Positions 19,125 through 30,088 of a stretch of DNA of 64,000 bases are shown piece after piece (positions within the stretch are counted from its first letter, which is position 1; each line of letters begins with the position of its first letter). A program made the translations under genes and the position numbers. The notes below the pieces were generated by a model. It saw only the letters and a list, made by a program, of their open reading frames with translations. It was not told the origin of the DNA and made no database searches. Source of the DNA: Verrucomicrobiota bacterium (GTDB taxonomy: Bacteria; Verrucomicrobiota; Verrucomicrobiia; Opitutales; Cerasicoccaceae); contig JBCBUK010000019.1 in the NCBI GenBank assembly GCA_039818205.1, positions 1 to 64,000 on the forward strand, read 5' to 3'.

Positions 19125-21656
19125 TTACTTCGTTTTCATGACGAATACGCCATCCCAGTTCTTGCTTGGCGGCTCTTCCAGGTAGTAGAGGCAGCGGGCC
19201 AGGAGGACATCGCTTGGTGTGGTCGGTGCCTCCGAGTTTTTCTCTGGGCGATTGGGCTCGAGCTCGACCGACTGTTCGAACTTGGCAATCGCACCATCGA
19301 AATCCTGCTTGAAATAACACTCGATGCCTTCCTGGTAGATAGCTAAGCACCGCTTCGTTTCATCGTCTAAGTCGATGCGCAGGCAAACAAGCTCATACAT
19401 TTCAGCCGGCTGGCTGCGGCCTTTAACTCGAATCTTATCTAGGTAGCGGAACACGCACGCATCACCGGCGGCAGTCGCTGCGGCCATCGTTTCGCCGGTG
19501 ACCATGATGTAAACCCCGTAAGACTTTGCACCGGACTCACTACGGGCTGCGAGGTTTACCGTGTCGCCCATCATGGTGTAGTTAAATCGATTCAGTGAGC
19601 CCATGTTGCCTACCGTGGCATTGCCGGTATTGAGACCAATACGGGTCTGCATCTTCGAGACAACCGGCGGCCAGTCGTCGCCTTCCGATTCCCATTTTGC
19701 CCGCAGCTCTAGTTGCTTCTTTTGCATTCGTGCAGCCGCGACGCAGGCTCGTAACGCATGCTTCTCGACGTTGATCGGTGCGTTGAACATTGCGACCATG
19801 GCATCTCCGATATACTTATCCAGGGTGCCATCTTCTTCCTGCAAAATGTCGGTCATTGCCGTGAGATATTCGTTCATGAGCGCAACGAGCCGATCCGCCT
19901 CAAGCATCTCAGAGAACGTGGAGAAAGCCTGGATATCGGAGAAGAAGGCCGTGATCTCGACGTTTTCCCCACCGAGCTTGGGCTCCTCTCCCGACTCAAC
20001 CATGTTGTTGACCAGGTCCGGCGACAAGTAGGCACCGAACATGCCTTTAATACGGCCGCGTTGCTTCTCCTCGACAATCAATTGATAAACCGCACCGGCT
20101 AGCGTTGTCGTGATCGCAGAGGCCACCGGTCCGACCAGCGGAAGGACTAAGTGCAAGGTGCTGAATGCGGTGAACACGAGAATGACGTAGCCAACTAGCA
20201 ATAAGCCACTGCCGAGCTTTGCGACAGCGCTATTTCTCCCACTGTAGGTTCCCAGGGCCGCGACGAAGTAGGTCAGTGCGAACAGCACAATGACGTGATT
20301 CCATATTGGCAAACGAGTGATGAATTTGCCCGAGAAAATGGTTTTGATCGCGTTTCCGTGCATTCCAACTTTGGGAACTGGGACAGTTTCGAATGGAGTT
20401 GGAGCGAGGTCTTGAAGTGTTGTGTCAGTAGGGCCAATCAAAATGATGGCGTCGTTGAACATCTTAAAATACTCTTCAGCTTCCTTTACCTGCTCGTCCG
20501 TTCCTTTGGATTGCATATAGATAGCATCTAACACCGTTGCAACACTGGTTCGTGGATTGAGTTCATTGTCTTGCCATTTAGAGAACCAATTGACCTCCAT
20601 GATCTGGTTGAACACCATCGGAATTATGATGTCGTTCCCGTCTGGATTCTTCAAGGTGATCTGATCTTCCGTAATTGTTACATCTTCTTGCTGTATCCCT
20701 AAATATTTTCTCGCCATCTCAATGCTGAAGTGGAGGAAGGTTTGCTCAGTGTTTAGCGGGAGATAGCCCATCGATTTGCCTTCATTGTCGAAGAGTTGAA
20801 CAGAGTCTTCGGCTTTCAGAACCTCATCTGGTAGATTCATGAATTCCTTCATGCCGGCCGCTTCTTCTGCACTTATCTCGTAAAAGTTAACTAACGGATC
20901 CAGTTCATAGAAGCTAGCGAAGCCTTCGAGGAGATTGTAGGTATAATAGGGGCCATTCGCATTTGCGTAAAGAGGGATCCATCTGGGAACAGTATCGCCA
21001 GATAGGATCTTGTCCTCGGTTATTAGGCCTATCCCTTGGGAGCCCGTACTCGCTTTAATTAATGGAAAAGTAGGCATCTCCGGAAATGTGGATTCCGCGG
21101 TGTAAGGGTATCGATCTCCGAGTTTGCGTTGATAGTGCTTTAGTGGCATTCGTCTAAGAGCGCGATCGACAGCAATGCCTTCCTTTCGTTTTTTGCGCTG
21201 TTCGAATGTTAGGGGTAATGGGACTTCTGTGTAATTCGCTGCTAGTACGATATTGGGATGTTCACTTAATATCTCCCGGAATTGAAAATCACTTCCGCGA
21301 ACGTTTTCTGCCGGTACAAGTTCAGAGCTTGAGAATCCAGAAAAGATTAAATCAAATCCAACCGCTCTCGCATTCCCGTATTCAAACAGCGCATCCGCGA
21401 CTTGCCCAAAGCGCAACCGGGACCATGGACGTTCACCAATTTTTGAGATGGTCTCTGCATCGATATCGACATATACCACTTTGACCTCGGGGACTTCCAG
21501 GGGGCCGCGGACTTGGAATCGCCAATCCATCGCCATATTGAGGATGGGCTGTGAGAAGGTTTTGGCGAAATCGGCCTCCGTGAAGATCGCCCAGAAGATG
21601 GGGATCGGCAACAGCCACAGGAGTAGCTTCAGTCTGCCGCTGGAGTTCTTCGCCAT
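19125..21656 (-). CDS. CHASE2-domain class III adenylate cyclase
   Basis: CHASE2 domain (VDID.ETI...PWSR), 3 TM segments, and cyclase motifs FSDIQAFS, DKYIGDA and YTMMGDTVNLAARSE. Confidence 0.93.
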   Translation of the reverse strand: MAKNSSGRLKLLLWLLPIPIFWAIFTEADFAKTFSQPILNMAMDWRFQVRGPLEVPEVKVVYVDIDAETISKIGERPWSRLRFGQVADALFEYGNARAVGFDLIFSGFSSSELVPAENVRGSDFQFREILSEHPNIVLAANYTEVPLPLTFEQRKKRKEGIAVDRALRRMPLKHYQRKLGDRYPYTAESTFPEMPTFPLIKASTGSQGIGLITEDKILSGDTVPRWIPLYANANGPYYTYNLLEGFASFYELDPLVNFYEISAEEAAGMKEFMNLPDEVLKAEDSVQLFDNEGKSMGYLPLNTEQTFLHFSIEMARKYLGIQQEDVTITEDQITLKNPDGNDIIIPMVFNQIMEVNWFSKWQDNELNPRTSVATVLDAIYMQSKGTDEQVKEAEEYFKMFNDAIILIGPTDTTLQDLAPTPFETVPVPKVGMHGNAIKTIFSGKFITRLPIWNHVIVLFALTYFVAALGTYSGRNSAVAKLGSGLLLVGYVILVFTAFSTLHLVLPLVGPVASAITTTLAGAVYQLIVEEKQRGRIKGMFGAYLSPDLVNNMVESGEEPKLGGENVEITAFFSDIQAFSTFSEMLEADRLVALMNEYLTAMTDILQEEDGTLDKYIGDAMVAMFNAPINVEKHALRACVAAARMQKKQLELRAKWESEGDDWPPVVSKMQTRIGLNTGNATVGNMGSLNRFNYTMMGDTVNLAARSESGAKSYGVYIMVTGETMAAATAAGDACVFRYLDKIRVKGRSQPAEMYELVCLRIDLDDETKRCLAIYQEGIECYFKQDFDGAIAKFEQSVELEPNRPEKNSEAPTTPSDVLLARCLYYLEEPPSKNWDGVFVMKTK

Positions 21657-21735
21657 GGTTGTCCGTTATAACCGCGCGTTTCCCTTGGGGAAGCCTAAAG
21701 GCTGCTAGGTTAAGAGTTCCGGGGGCCGGCAGTGC

Positions 21736-23625
21736 CTATCCGGCGTTGGCCCCGGCCGTTTCCCCGGCCTCTTCACCGGAACCATCAGAGTTTTCGATGG
21801 CTAGTGCCTCTGCCTTAATCTTTTCGATTTCGGCTTTGCGTTCTTGTTCCTTGCGCTCGCGAACCTTGGCTTGGATTTGGAATTCTTCGGCGAGTGCTTC
21901 GAGGTCTTCCATGTCCGGCGGAATGGTTGAGATCGCTTCCTCCATGGTCGTCAAGCCAGCCCGGACCTTCTTCATTGAGTCCATGTGGAGCGTCGACATA
22001 CCGCTATACATCGCAATTTTCTTTAGCTCAGCAGTTTCCGATTCTTTGTTGATTCCTTCGATAAGCGCTTCGCTGGACGTCAACATCTCGTGGATGCCGA
22101 CCCGGCCCTTATAGCCTTTGCCACCGCAAGCTGGGCAGCCCGTTCGGTTCGCACGGAAGATGCCTCCGCCTTCGAAGTTGATCGCTTTCCGCAAGATCTC
22201 TAGTTCGCGGTCTTCTGCCTCGTAGGCCTGTCGGCAGCTTTTGCAAACTCGGCGCATCAGGCGTTGGGCGCATACTGCAACCAGTGAGGCCGATATCATG
22301 AACGGCTCGACGCCCATCTCAGTCAGACGGGCAACGGTGCCAGGTGCATCATTGGTGTGCAGAGTACTGAAAAGCATGTGACCAGTAAGCGCGGCCTCCA
22401 CCGCGATTCCTGCGGTTTCAGAGTCTCGAATCTCTCCAACCAGAATAACGTCGGGGTCTTGCCGTAGAAACGAACGAAGGGCAGCCGCAAAGGTTAGCCC
22501 GATCTTACGGTGCATTTGCATCTGGCAAAGGCCGGGCAGGGTATACTCAATCGGGTCCTCCGCCGTCCGAATACAGATTCCAGGGTCGTTGATCTCATTC
22601 AGCGCCGAATACAAGGTCATCGACTTACCCGAACCCGTGGGACCGCAGTGCAGGATCATCCCATAGGGGCGGGTAATGCATTCGCGGTAGCGTTCGAGGT
22701 TCTCGGGTTCAAATCCGAGTGCAGGAAGCGGCAACGTCGATTTCGATTTGTCCAGAATCCGCATCACCGCGCCTTCGCCGTGGTTCAATGGAGCCGTGGA
22801 CACCCGTAAGTCGATGTTAATGGGTTTGCGTGTAAACTGCTTAAATACGATCCGGCCATCCTGGGGGAGACGTTTTTCAGCAATGTCCAGGTTGCTCATG
22901 ATCTTATAGCGCGCCATAAGCGCGCCCGCGACCTTGTTGGGCAAGGATAGTTTTTCCTGGAGCACACCGTCCACGCGGACCCGAACTCGACACTCTTTTT
23001 CAAATGGCTCCACATGGATGTCACTTCCGCCTGAGTAGTAGGCGTCTTCGACGATCCGGTTGGCAAGTTGGATGATTGGCGCGGAGTCTTCGGCGTCGCC
23101 TTCCTCCAGCTTCTCTTCGTCGATCTCGAACTCCATGTCCAGGGCATCGACCACATCCCCAAAGCCCTCTGCGACGACTGGCTGATCACTCTCGCCAATC
23201 TTGAGCTTGGCTTTGATTTCACGCTCAATACCCAAAATTGGAGAAACCTTTTTACGGGTCTGTTCCTGGATGAGGTTGATGATGGTGAGATCAAACGGGT
23301 TGGATACCGCGACCACGAACGTGTTGCCGACAAAGCCGACGGGCAGCACCGTGTGTTCGTCGCAAAACTCTTTGTCCAGCTTCTCGTAAGTTCGCTCGTC
23401 AGGCTCGAAATGGAAGGCGTTGAACGGTGCCATGCCGAACGCCTTACTCTTGGCCGCCAATAGCTGGAACTCGCTGATCGAGTAATCCTTCGCCAGTAAG
23501 CCCTCGACCTCCTCTCCTGACAGCTCCTCTTCGGTATTGATGATCTTGTCGGCGTCCTCCTGCGACAAGCGATTAAAATCGCAGAGGTTTCGGACGATGG
23601 ATGCTTGGATACGCGCTAGAGGCAT
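21736..23625 (-). CDS. pilB: PilB/GspE-family assembly ATPase
   Basis: Motifs [42 protein letters not shown] and a tetracysteine motif. Confidence 0.9.
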   Translation of the reverse strand: MPLARIQASIVRNLCDFNRLSQEDADKIINTEEELSGEEVEGLLAKDYSISEFQLLAAKSKAFGMAPFNAFHFEPDERTYEKLDKEFCDEHTVLPVGFVGNTFVVAVSNPFDLTIINLIQEQTRKKVSPILGIEREIKAKLKIGESDQPVVAEGFGDVVDALDMEFEIDEEKLEEGDAEDSAPIIQLANRIVEDAYYSGGSDIHVEPFEKECRVRVRVDGVLQEKLSLPNKVAGALMARYKIMSNLDIAEKRLPQDGRIVFKQFTRKPINIDLRVSTAPLNHGEGAVMRILDKSKSTLPLPALGFEPENLERYRECITRPYGMILHCGPTGSGKSMTLYSALNEINDPGICIRTAEDPIEYTLPGLCQMQMHRKIGLTFAAALRSFLRQDPDVILVGEIRDSETAGIAVEAALTGHMLFSTLHTNDAPGTVARLTEMGVEPFMISASLVAVCAQRLMRRVCKSCRQAYEAEDRELEILRKAINFEGGGIFRANRTGCPACGGKGYKGRVGIHEMLTSSEALIEGINKESETAELKKIAMYSGMSTLHMDSMKKVRAGLTTMEEAISTIPPDMEDLEALAEEFQIQAKVRERKEQERKAEIEKIKAEALAIENSDGSGEEAGETAGANAG

Positions 23626-23633
23626 GGTGATCT

Positions 23634-24977
23634 TTAGTTAGCTAGTTCAGGATAAATGAGCGGCAAATTGTTTATATCGGCATCTGGGTTGATGGCTTGA
23701 GGGTCCACCCCGAGTGAAACAAGCGTTGCTGCAATATCTTGGCCGGATGAACGCATTGCGGAGCTTACGATGGACTGTTGTCGCCCTTTTATCGCGTCAT
23801 AAAGTGATGCTATCTCAGCGACATCGACGCGGATTTTTGACAATCTCTCAAGTGCCTCAGCCAAGTGTTCCCTGGTGATTGGGCCATCAGGCTGCAACCC
23901 CACGGCAATTCTCAAGGTATCCATTAGCTCCGCGAAATTGCCAGGCCAGTCATGTGCCAGGAGAACTGCTCCCGCGTCGGGCATCAGCATTGCGCGTTCA
24001 GGGCTTTCTGCTGCTTCGGCGATCTTGGGCAAATACCGTTTGGTATACACCGCTAGGTCGGAAAGGCGCGCATTTAGCGGCGGCATCACACAAAGGCTTT
24101 GCTCCAGAAGTTCGAGAAGCTCTGGATTGATGGGTCGATGATCAAGGTCCAACAGATTTTTCTCAATCAGATACAAGAAGGCGAGATTCTCGGGTGATTC
24201 CCGGATGCAATCGACCATGAGCTCCTGTTGAGCCAGTGTCGCGCCTTCAAAGCCGATGACGCCTACCAGACAGCTGATGTCAGGCTGGGAAGCGATGGTC
24301 TCGAGCAGCTTGGTTGCGCGCTGCGTGTCTGGATGACGTAGGTCCAGCCAGCGAACTTCCTGGTCGCTGAATTGCCGCCACACGGCGACCTCACGCAGGA
24401 CCAAATCAGCTTCACAGCCAATTGGCATCGATACAAATATGTGGTCTTGCTCATTCGCCGCCTTCCACAGGCTTTCAAGGAAGTAGCGGAAGGCCATCGA
24501 TTGATCTGAAAGAAATTTTAGCGTCTCCGGATAGGTCTGGGTGAACGCGAGGGATTCATCGGGCTCCTGGTTCAGTCCCTTGCCTTGACGGTGTGCACGA
24601 AACTCAGCCTTGGTTGCTGGGTTGACGAAGCGCTTCACATGAGTGATAAATTGCTGAATATCGATCGGCTTCTCCAGCACCAAAGTGACGCCCATATTCG
24701 CGACTTTCACGAGGTCGGGCGTGTTCATTAGGCCGGAAACCAAGATGACTGGCAGGTCGGGGTTGACATCTCGGGCTGCATGCAGGAAATCGGCCCCATC
24801 CATGTTGGGCATCTTGAAGTCGGATATGACTAGTTCGTAGCCAGTATCGTGAAGCTTTTCGAGGGCACGGGCGGGCTCAGTCACCGAATCAACGAGGAAG
24901 AGGTGCTGTTCGAGCAGTGCCTTTAGCATGTCGGCGTAGTTTTCTTCGTCGTCGAGTACGAGAATGCGCTGAGCCAT
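23634..24977 (-). CDS. Response regulator with a degenerate sigma54-activator-like output domain
   Basis: REC (LDDE, SDFKMP, EKP). Remnants [10 protein letters not shown] and [10 protein letters not shown]; no Walker A and no GAFTGA. Confidence 0.8.
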   Translation of the reverse strand: MAQRILVLDDEENYADMLKALLEQHLFLVDSVTEPARALEKLHDTGYELVISDFKMPNMDGADFLHAARDVNPDLPVILVSGLMNTPDLVKVANMGVTLVLEKPIDIQQFITHVKRFVNPATKAEFRAHRQGKGLNQEPDESLAFTQTYPETLKFLSDQSMAFRYFLESLWKAANEQDHIFVSMPIGCEADLVLREVAVWRQFSDQEVRWLDLRHPDTQRATKLLETIASQPDISCLVGVIGFEGATLAQQELMVDCIRESPENLAFLYLIEKNLLDLDHRPINPELLELLEQSLCVMPPLNARLSDLAVYTKRYLPKIAEAAESPERAMLMPDAGAVLLAHDWPGNFAELMDTLRIAVGLQPDGPITREHLAEALERLSKIRVDVAEIASLYDAIKGRQQSIVSSAMRSSGQDIAATLVSLGVDPQAINPDADINNLPLIYPELAN

Positions 24978-25101
24978 AGACTAAATACGTGTTGGAGAGG
25001 GTATTTGTGGAATTACGACCATACTAATCGCGAAATGCATGCTTTCAAGCACGCTTTGTGGGCCTGTCGGTGATCTACCCTAGGCGGGACTTTGCCTTGG
25101 C

Positions 25102-25773
25102 TTAGATCGGCCAGGCAAAGTAGTTCATGCAGCGGTTGAGCGTGGCTTGCGCGCTGCTGACTAGGTTGCGATTGGTTGTCGCAAGAAGAAAGTCCATGTC
25201 CTCGTTGGAAGCCAAGGAAACCTGATGGTTGGTGAACTGAAGCTGTAACTCCCGGCGAGGCAGACCAATGGATTTAAAAAGTAGGTCGAGCTGGAGAATC
25301 GAAAGCGCGAAGGTGGAAAATGCCTCTTCGGAAACCTCAGCATCGGCTATCTGGAAGGCCCATTCATCGGTCGCTTGTAAACGCAATCCCCGAGCGTTGA
25401 GACCCGGGATTTGGTCAATCCATCCAGGTATATCGTTGGTTTGGGGAAGGACGGGATAGACACCCGCCGAATCGTTGACTGCACTGGGATCAAAGTCCTG
25501 CCATCGACAGATGCCCTCGTAGCGCTTGAGGTTGTGCCCGGAATCGTCAAGATGCAGGCTAAACCCGGAGGTCAGATTCCGTCCTCGAATGATTTCCGGT
25601 TTCCCAAAGCCCAAGGCTTGAGCGCCTTGCTCGACGGTACGAACAGCCGTGAGCGCGGTTACGCCAAATGTGCTGTGATCTTCGAGATCACCCTCCACTT
25701 GGACGACTGTAAAATCGGTGCTAAAGCGTACCTGCAAGGCCGGTTCGATCGAAGCTTTTTCCATTGTCAGCAT
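25102..25773 (-). CDS. Hypothetical protein, possibly tandem roadblock/LC7-like domains
   Basis: Two ~100-aa halves with a roadblock-like helix/strand pattern (ALGFGK; QIPGLNARGL...SIGLP). Confidence 0.55.
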   Translation of the reverse strand: MLTMEKASIEPALQVRFSTDFTVVQVEGDLEDHSTFGVTALTAVRTVEQGAQALGFGKPEIIRGRNLTSGFSLHLDDSGHNLKRYEGICRWQDFDPSAVNDSAGVYPVLPQTNDIPGWIDQIPGLNARGLRLQATDEWAFQIADAEVSEEAFSTFALSILQLDLLFKSIGLPRRELQLQFTNHQVSLASNEDMDFLLATTNRNLVSSAQATLNRCMNYFAWPI

Positions 25774-25803
25774 GTTTATCAGGTATTCTTCCGGTAGAGG
25801 CGA

Positions 25804-27108
25804 TTATTTTAGCACCTCTTGAACGACTGATTCTTCGACGCCTAGTGCGTCGCTGGCTGCCATGGTGTCTTCATCCAATAGGATGTTGACTGCTTTAACG
25901 TATTCGTCGCGATAGAGTTTGAGGCCTTGGCGCAAACTGCGCGCTCCGCCGACAGCCGTAGAGATCTTTTTTTCCACGCGCTCAAGGTCTTCCATCGTCA
26001 AGCTGGGCCGGTCCATGTGGATGGCCATTCGAATGAAGCGATGCAGCTCGCCGGCGTTTCCGAGCCATGATTGTTCGCGCAAATAGGTTTTGGCGGACAT
26101 CTCGAGGCGAGGCGGTTTTGCCAGCCCATGGGCGGTTGATTCGGAGTCCATGTAGCGTTTCGCGAGGACCGCGATGTCGTCCGGAATTTCCACCAATTTA
26201 GGAACCTTCACTTCGGAGGTGCCCATAAACATGTAGACCGCGTCATCGACCACGCGTTCGTCATATAGCAAATCGAGGTCTCGGCCGACACAGAACACGA
26301 ACCGGACCGCGAACGGCATGTCGTCAAACGGTTCCTTTTTTCGGCCGACTCGCATAATCAGCGAATATTGTTCTCGGGAAACTGTTTCCGCAGCGGCCAC
26401 GATCAAAGTTAGCCGCTGGAGACCTTTGGCTGCGCTTTGTTCAATGAATCCCAGGAAACCCTCCTGGGTGATCTCGGGTCGGTCAACCAGTTGGTATTCC
26501 TCGCGAATCTCCGAGTCGAACTGGTTGAAGTCATTGGTAATGGCCTCGAGGTCAGAACCCCGTGGAGCAACCAGGACCAAATTGTTTTTGAAATTACGGA
26601 TGCCGTAGAGCTTATGGGCAAACTCGCGTGAATGCTTATCCTTTGCAGGGAAGGACTCGAAGTAAAAAGGCAACTTGTGGTGATACGCCTCTTCCTCATC
26701 GGCATCTTCGGCATCGGCACCGAGTTCGCGGCGCATGCCAGCCTCGCGCTCTTCGATAAGAGCTGCGGTTCGCTTAAGCAGCGAGAACACGTTGAGCGGC
26801 TTCAGAAATACGCCACCAACGCCTTCACGGATGAGGCTTCGAATCGTATCATTGTCGAGATAGCCCGAAACCATTATGATGGGAATGCCAGGTTTATCCT
26901 TTTTGAATAGGCGGATCAGCTCCTCGCCGGTAATACCTGGCATCTTCTGGTCGGTGACCACAAGGTCGTAGTCGTCACTGCGGAATTGCTCCAATGCGTT
27001 CTCTGGAACCTCACACGATTCAACCTCGTAGCTAGCCTGACTAAAGATGTCCGTTAGCAACTGATTGAAGTTTTCGTCATCATCGACGATGAGGATTTTC
27101 CTTCCCAT
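25804..27108 (-). CDS. Response regulator with a degenerate sigma54-activator-like output domain
   Basis: REC (VDDD, TDQKMP, LKP). Remnants VPKLVEIPDDI and QSWLGNAGEL, and a possible Fis-like C-terminal HTH (AASDALGV). Confidence 0.8.
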   Translation of the reverse strand: MGRKILIVDDDENFNQLLTDIFSQASYEVESCEVPENALEQFRSDDYDLVVTDQKMPGITGEELIRLFKKDKPGIPIIMVSGYLDNDTIRSLIREGVGGVFLKPLNVFSLLKRTAALIEEREAGMRRELGADAEDADEEEAYHHKLPFYFESFPAKDKHSREFAHKLYGIRNFKNNLVLVAPRGSDLEAITNDFNQFDSEIREEYQLVDRPEITQEGFLGFIEQSAAKGLQRLTLIVAAAETVSREQYSLIMRVGRKKEPFDDMPFAVRFVFCVGRDLDLLYDERVVDDAVYMFMGTSEVKVPKLVEIPDDIAVLAKRYMDSESTAHGLAKPPRLEMSAKTYLREQSWLGNAGELHRFIRMAIHMDRPSLTMEDLERVEKKISTAVGGARSLRQGLKLYRDEYVKAVNILLDEDTMAASDALGVEESVVQEVLK

Positions 27109-27162
27109 AGTGGTAGTATAACCTAGTAGCTTTTTACGCTACCCACTGTCAACCGTAATAGC

Positions 27163-27645
27163 TTAATGATCAGTGAGTTCATCAACTGAAAAACGCGGTA
27201 TTACGTCATTTTTACGCAAGGATTCTAAACAGTAATTCTCGCCATCGCGCATCTTCTGCCGATTCGCCTCATCCAAGTCGTCCAGTCCAGCTAAATGCAG
27301 CCATCCGTGCACCAAATACAACGTGAGTTCTTCCGAGAAGCTCCATTGGTGCTTGGGTGCCTCGGTCAGAGCGCGGTCGACGCTCACACATATCTCGCCC
27401 GCGAAATCCATATCGGCATCGCCGGGAAACGTAATGACGTCGGTGGGCGACGGGTCGTCGAGGAATTCTCCATGAAGGCGCGCTAGCTCGTTGTCGGTTA
27501 AGAAAACGATGGAGAGTTCTCCAGCAGGCGCCTGAAAGGCTTCCAAGGAATCCAGTTGAGCAAAGGTTGCCCGGAGCTCAGTTTCGTCGAATCGCAGTCG
27601 GCTATACGGCCGTGCGTTTACTTGAAGAATTCGAGCGGGAGTCAC
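27163..27645 (-). CDS. ybeY: rRNA maturation RNase YbeY
   Basis: Motifs PTDVITF, GEICVS and HGWLHLAG. The third His position reads LDD instead of YDH. Confidence 0.88.
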   Translation of the reverse strand: MTPARILQVNARPYSRLRFDETELRATFAQLDSLEAFQAPAGELSIVFLTDNELARLHGEFLDDPSPTDVITFPGDADMDFAGEICVSVDRALTEAPKHQWSFSEELTLYLVHGWLHLAGLDDLDEANRQKMRDGENYCLESLRKNDVIPRFSVDELTDH

Positions 27646-30055
27646 CGGAGGCGTTGTCTGGGTTTAGTGGGACAGGCGATGCCGACTGGCCCCGCTTTTT
27701 CTTACCACCACCGTCATCTTTGGGATATTGAACTCGGCTATGGAGCATGTTCAGTAGGGTAAAACAGAAGCTTTCGCGTATTGTCCGGATATCCTGCACC
27801 GTCATCGGAGCATCATCCAGCTGGCCGTCATCCAGGCGGGCCGAGATAATACCATCAACTAATTCTTCAACACTTTGTGGCGTGACTTTTTTCAGGCTGC
27901 GTGATGCGGCCTCAACGGCATCCGCGAGCAGGATAATGGCGCTCTCGCGAAACTGCGGTTTCGGACCCTCGTAGCGGAAGGTGCTCTCGTCGACTTCGGC
28001 TTTGTCTTCCACAAAGGGTGGGTTGGACATGCCGGACTGCAGCGGCAACACGGTCTGCTGTTGGCGGTTGCAGGCTTTGTTATAGAAGTAGCGGATCAGC
28101 GTCGTTCCGTGGTGCTGTCGGATAATGTCGATGAAGACGTCGGGCAGTTTGGTGTGTTTGGCCATTTCCACGCCTTCCTTGACGTGGTTTTTAATGATCA
28201 GAGCCGACATCGCTGGCGTAAGTTCATCGTGCGGGTTGTAGCCCTCCTGCTGATTCTCCGTGAAATACTCCGGTTTAATCATTTTGCCGATGTCGTGGTA
28301 GAGGCAAGTCGCCCGACAGAGGAGGGCGTTGGCGCCAATCTCGTTCGCGGCGCGCTCCGCCAGATTCGCGACCATTAGGGAGTGGTGGTAGGTTCCAGGG
28401 GCCTCCATCTGCAACTTGCGCAGCAGCGGGTGGTTGAAATCCGTCAACTCGAGCAAAGTGATGTCGGTGGTGTATTTGAAGATATGCTCCAGAATGGGCA
28501 GGAGGCCGATGACAATCACGCCCGTTACGAGCCCCGCTGCGATGGCTGTCAGCACCTGTTGTCCGACGATCATGGGAGCAAACTGACTCATGAATCCGAG
28601 GAAGGCAGCAATCAGCGCAACCGACAACCCGGAGGTCAAGCTGGCTCGCATGAGCTTGCCGCGCAATCGCACGTCCCGTGCATAGTGGATTGCGACCATG
28701 CCCCCGAGCAGTGAAACCAGGAAGGTATCAATGGCACCGCCCCACATGAGCGAGTGCAATGCGCTGACGCAGATGGCCATCAATGTCGCTGGACGTGGTC
28801 CAACCATGATTGCCATAATGATCGCGCCCAGTGCGATTGGTGGCGTGTAGGGCAGGAGTGCGAGAAGGCTCGAATTGCTGCCAAAAAGTGGTGTTTCTCC
28901 GAGTTGCTGGATGATGCGCAGTAACAGCAAATTTATAATTAGCACGGTGGCCATCAGGCCAAACCGTCGATTGGATCGACCGGAGACCGAAAATACCGTC
29001 TGCATGAACAAAATGCCGCAAACCATCAACACGATCGTCATCATCGCTCGTTCAACCAGATTGGCATTGAAGCCCCAGACGATTTCGTTGCTTGCATTGA
29101 GCTGCTCCCGATAGGCCGCAACGGCTTCCACCTGCTCGGCCGTGATGACGTTACCCGGCTCAACGATTACCTGACCCTGCTGATAGACAACGTGAACGGG
29201 CTCCACGGCTTCGGCGGCTTGTAACTTTATCGCCTCCGTGGTTTCGGTATCGTACTCCAAATTCGGTTCCAGGCCCTTGCGGAAAATGCGGTAGAGTGCC
29301 CGTGATAAGCTCAAGTCGTCACCAAGGCCAGCGAGGTTGATATTGAGCAGCCGGGCCGCTTCTTCTTCGGTCTGAAGATTCCCACCTTTGCGGCCAACCA
29401 CCACCATGGGGACAATTGGAGCGCCGTCGGTGAAGTTGGTCGTTGCGCTTCCGGGGCGCTCATAAACGCCGTCTTGCATGACGTCGGCCAGCGCCAACCG
29501 GCCTTCCTGGAGCAGTGCGGTTCGCTCGTCGGGGCTGGTTTTTTCCAGAATAATGGCGATATCCTCCCCGTTAAACATGTAACCGGTTTCGGCGCTGAAG
29601 GTGGAGACAAACTGGGTGATGATCGGGTCCCAATCGCCCGGAGGAACGGTGGCCAGCTCAGGCATGAGCTCGGTTTCCAGGGCGGTATTCATCTTGTCGA
29701 TCAGACCGCTGAACTCCTGAAACTTATCCTGATCCAGGCGATACCGAGGCAAGACACGTTGCTGTCGTTGTTCTTTGGCTCGCTCGGTTTCGAGCTTACT
29801 TTCGTAGCTGAAAGGGAAATCCGCGACAATTCGCACCTTAGCGACTTGGCGAGGAGTAATCGGTGGACCCGCGGGCGATTGGCCAAGGAAGCAAATCACG
29901 ATGATCATGAACGCGATCAGCATGAAAATGCCAAACGACACGATTTCGCTGGTTTCGAAAAACGACCCGCTCTTCTTAGGCTCCGCTTCGCGCCGTTTCC
30001 GGCGCGCTTCCGCGGTCTGTTGTTTTTTTGACTTTTTCTTCGGCAGAATTGGCAT
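27602..30055 (-). CDS. 7TM-HD (HDIG) phosphohydrolase, PgpH-like c-di-AMP phosphodiesterase
   Basis: Extracellular domain plus 7 TM segments, then EAPGTYHHS, YHDIGK, HHGT and LADAVEAASRS. Confidence 0.9.
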   Translation of the reverse strand: MPILPKKKSKKQQTAEARRKRREAEPKKSGSFFETSEIVSFGIFMLIAFMIIVICFLGQSPAGPPITPRQVAKVRIVADFPFSYESKLETERAKEQRQQRVLPRYRLDQDKFQEFSGLIDKMNTALETELMPELATVPPGDWDPIITQFVSTFSAETGYMFNGEDIAIILEKTSPDERTALLQEGRLALADVMQDGVYERPGSATTNFTDGAPIVPMVVVGRKGGNLQTEEEAARLLNINLAGLGDDLSLSRALYRIFRKGLEPNLEYDTETTEAIKLQAAEAVEPVHVVYQQGQVIVEPGNVITAEQVEAVAAYREQLNASNEIVWGFNANLVERAMMTIVLMVCGILFMQTVFSVSGRSNRRFGLMATVLIINLLLLRIIQQLGETPLFGSNSSLLALLPYTPPIALGAIIMAIMVGPRPATLMAICVSALHSLMWGGAIDTFLVSLLGGMVAIHYARDVRLRGKLMRASLTSGLSVALIAAFLGFMSQFAPMIVGQQVLTAIAAGLVTGVIVIGLLPILEHIFKYTTDITLLELTDFNHPLLRKLQMEAPGTYHHSLMVANLAERAANEIGANALLCRATCLYHDIGKMIKPEYFTENQQEGYNPHDELTPAMSALIIKNHVKEGVEMAKHTKLPDVFIDIIRQHHGTTLIRYFYNKACNRQQQTVLPLQSGMSNPPFVEDKAEVDESTFRYEGPKPQFRESAIILLADAVEAASRSLKKVTPQSVEELVDGIISARLDDGQLDDAPMTVQDIRTIRESFCFTLLNMLHSRVQYPKDDGGGKKKRGQSASPVPLNPDNASGDSRSNSSSKRTAV

Positions 30056-30088
30056 CAGATCCCTTTCTGCAACAGCCGAGACAAGTAG

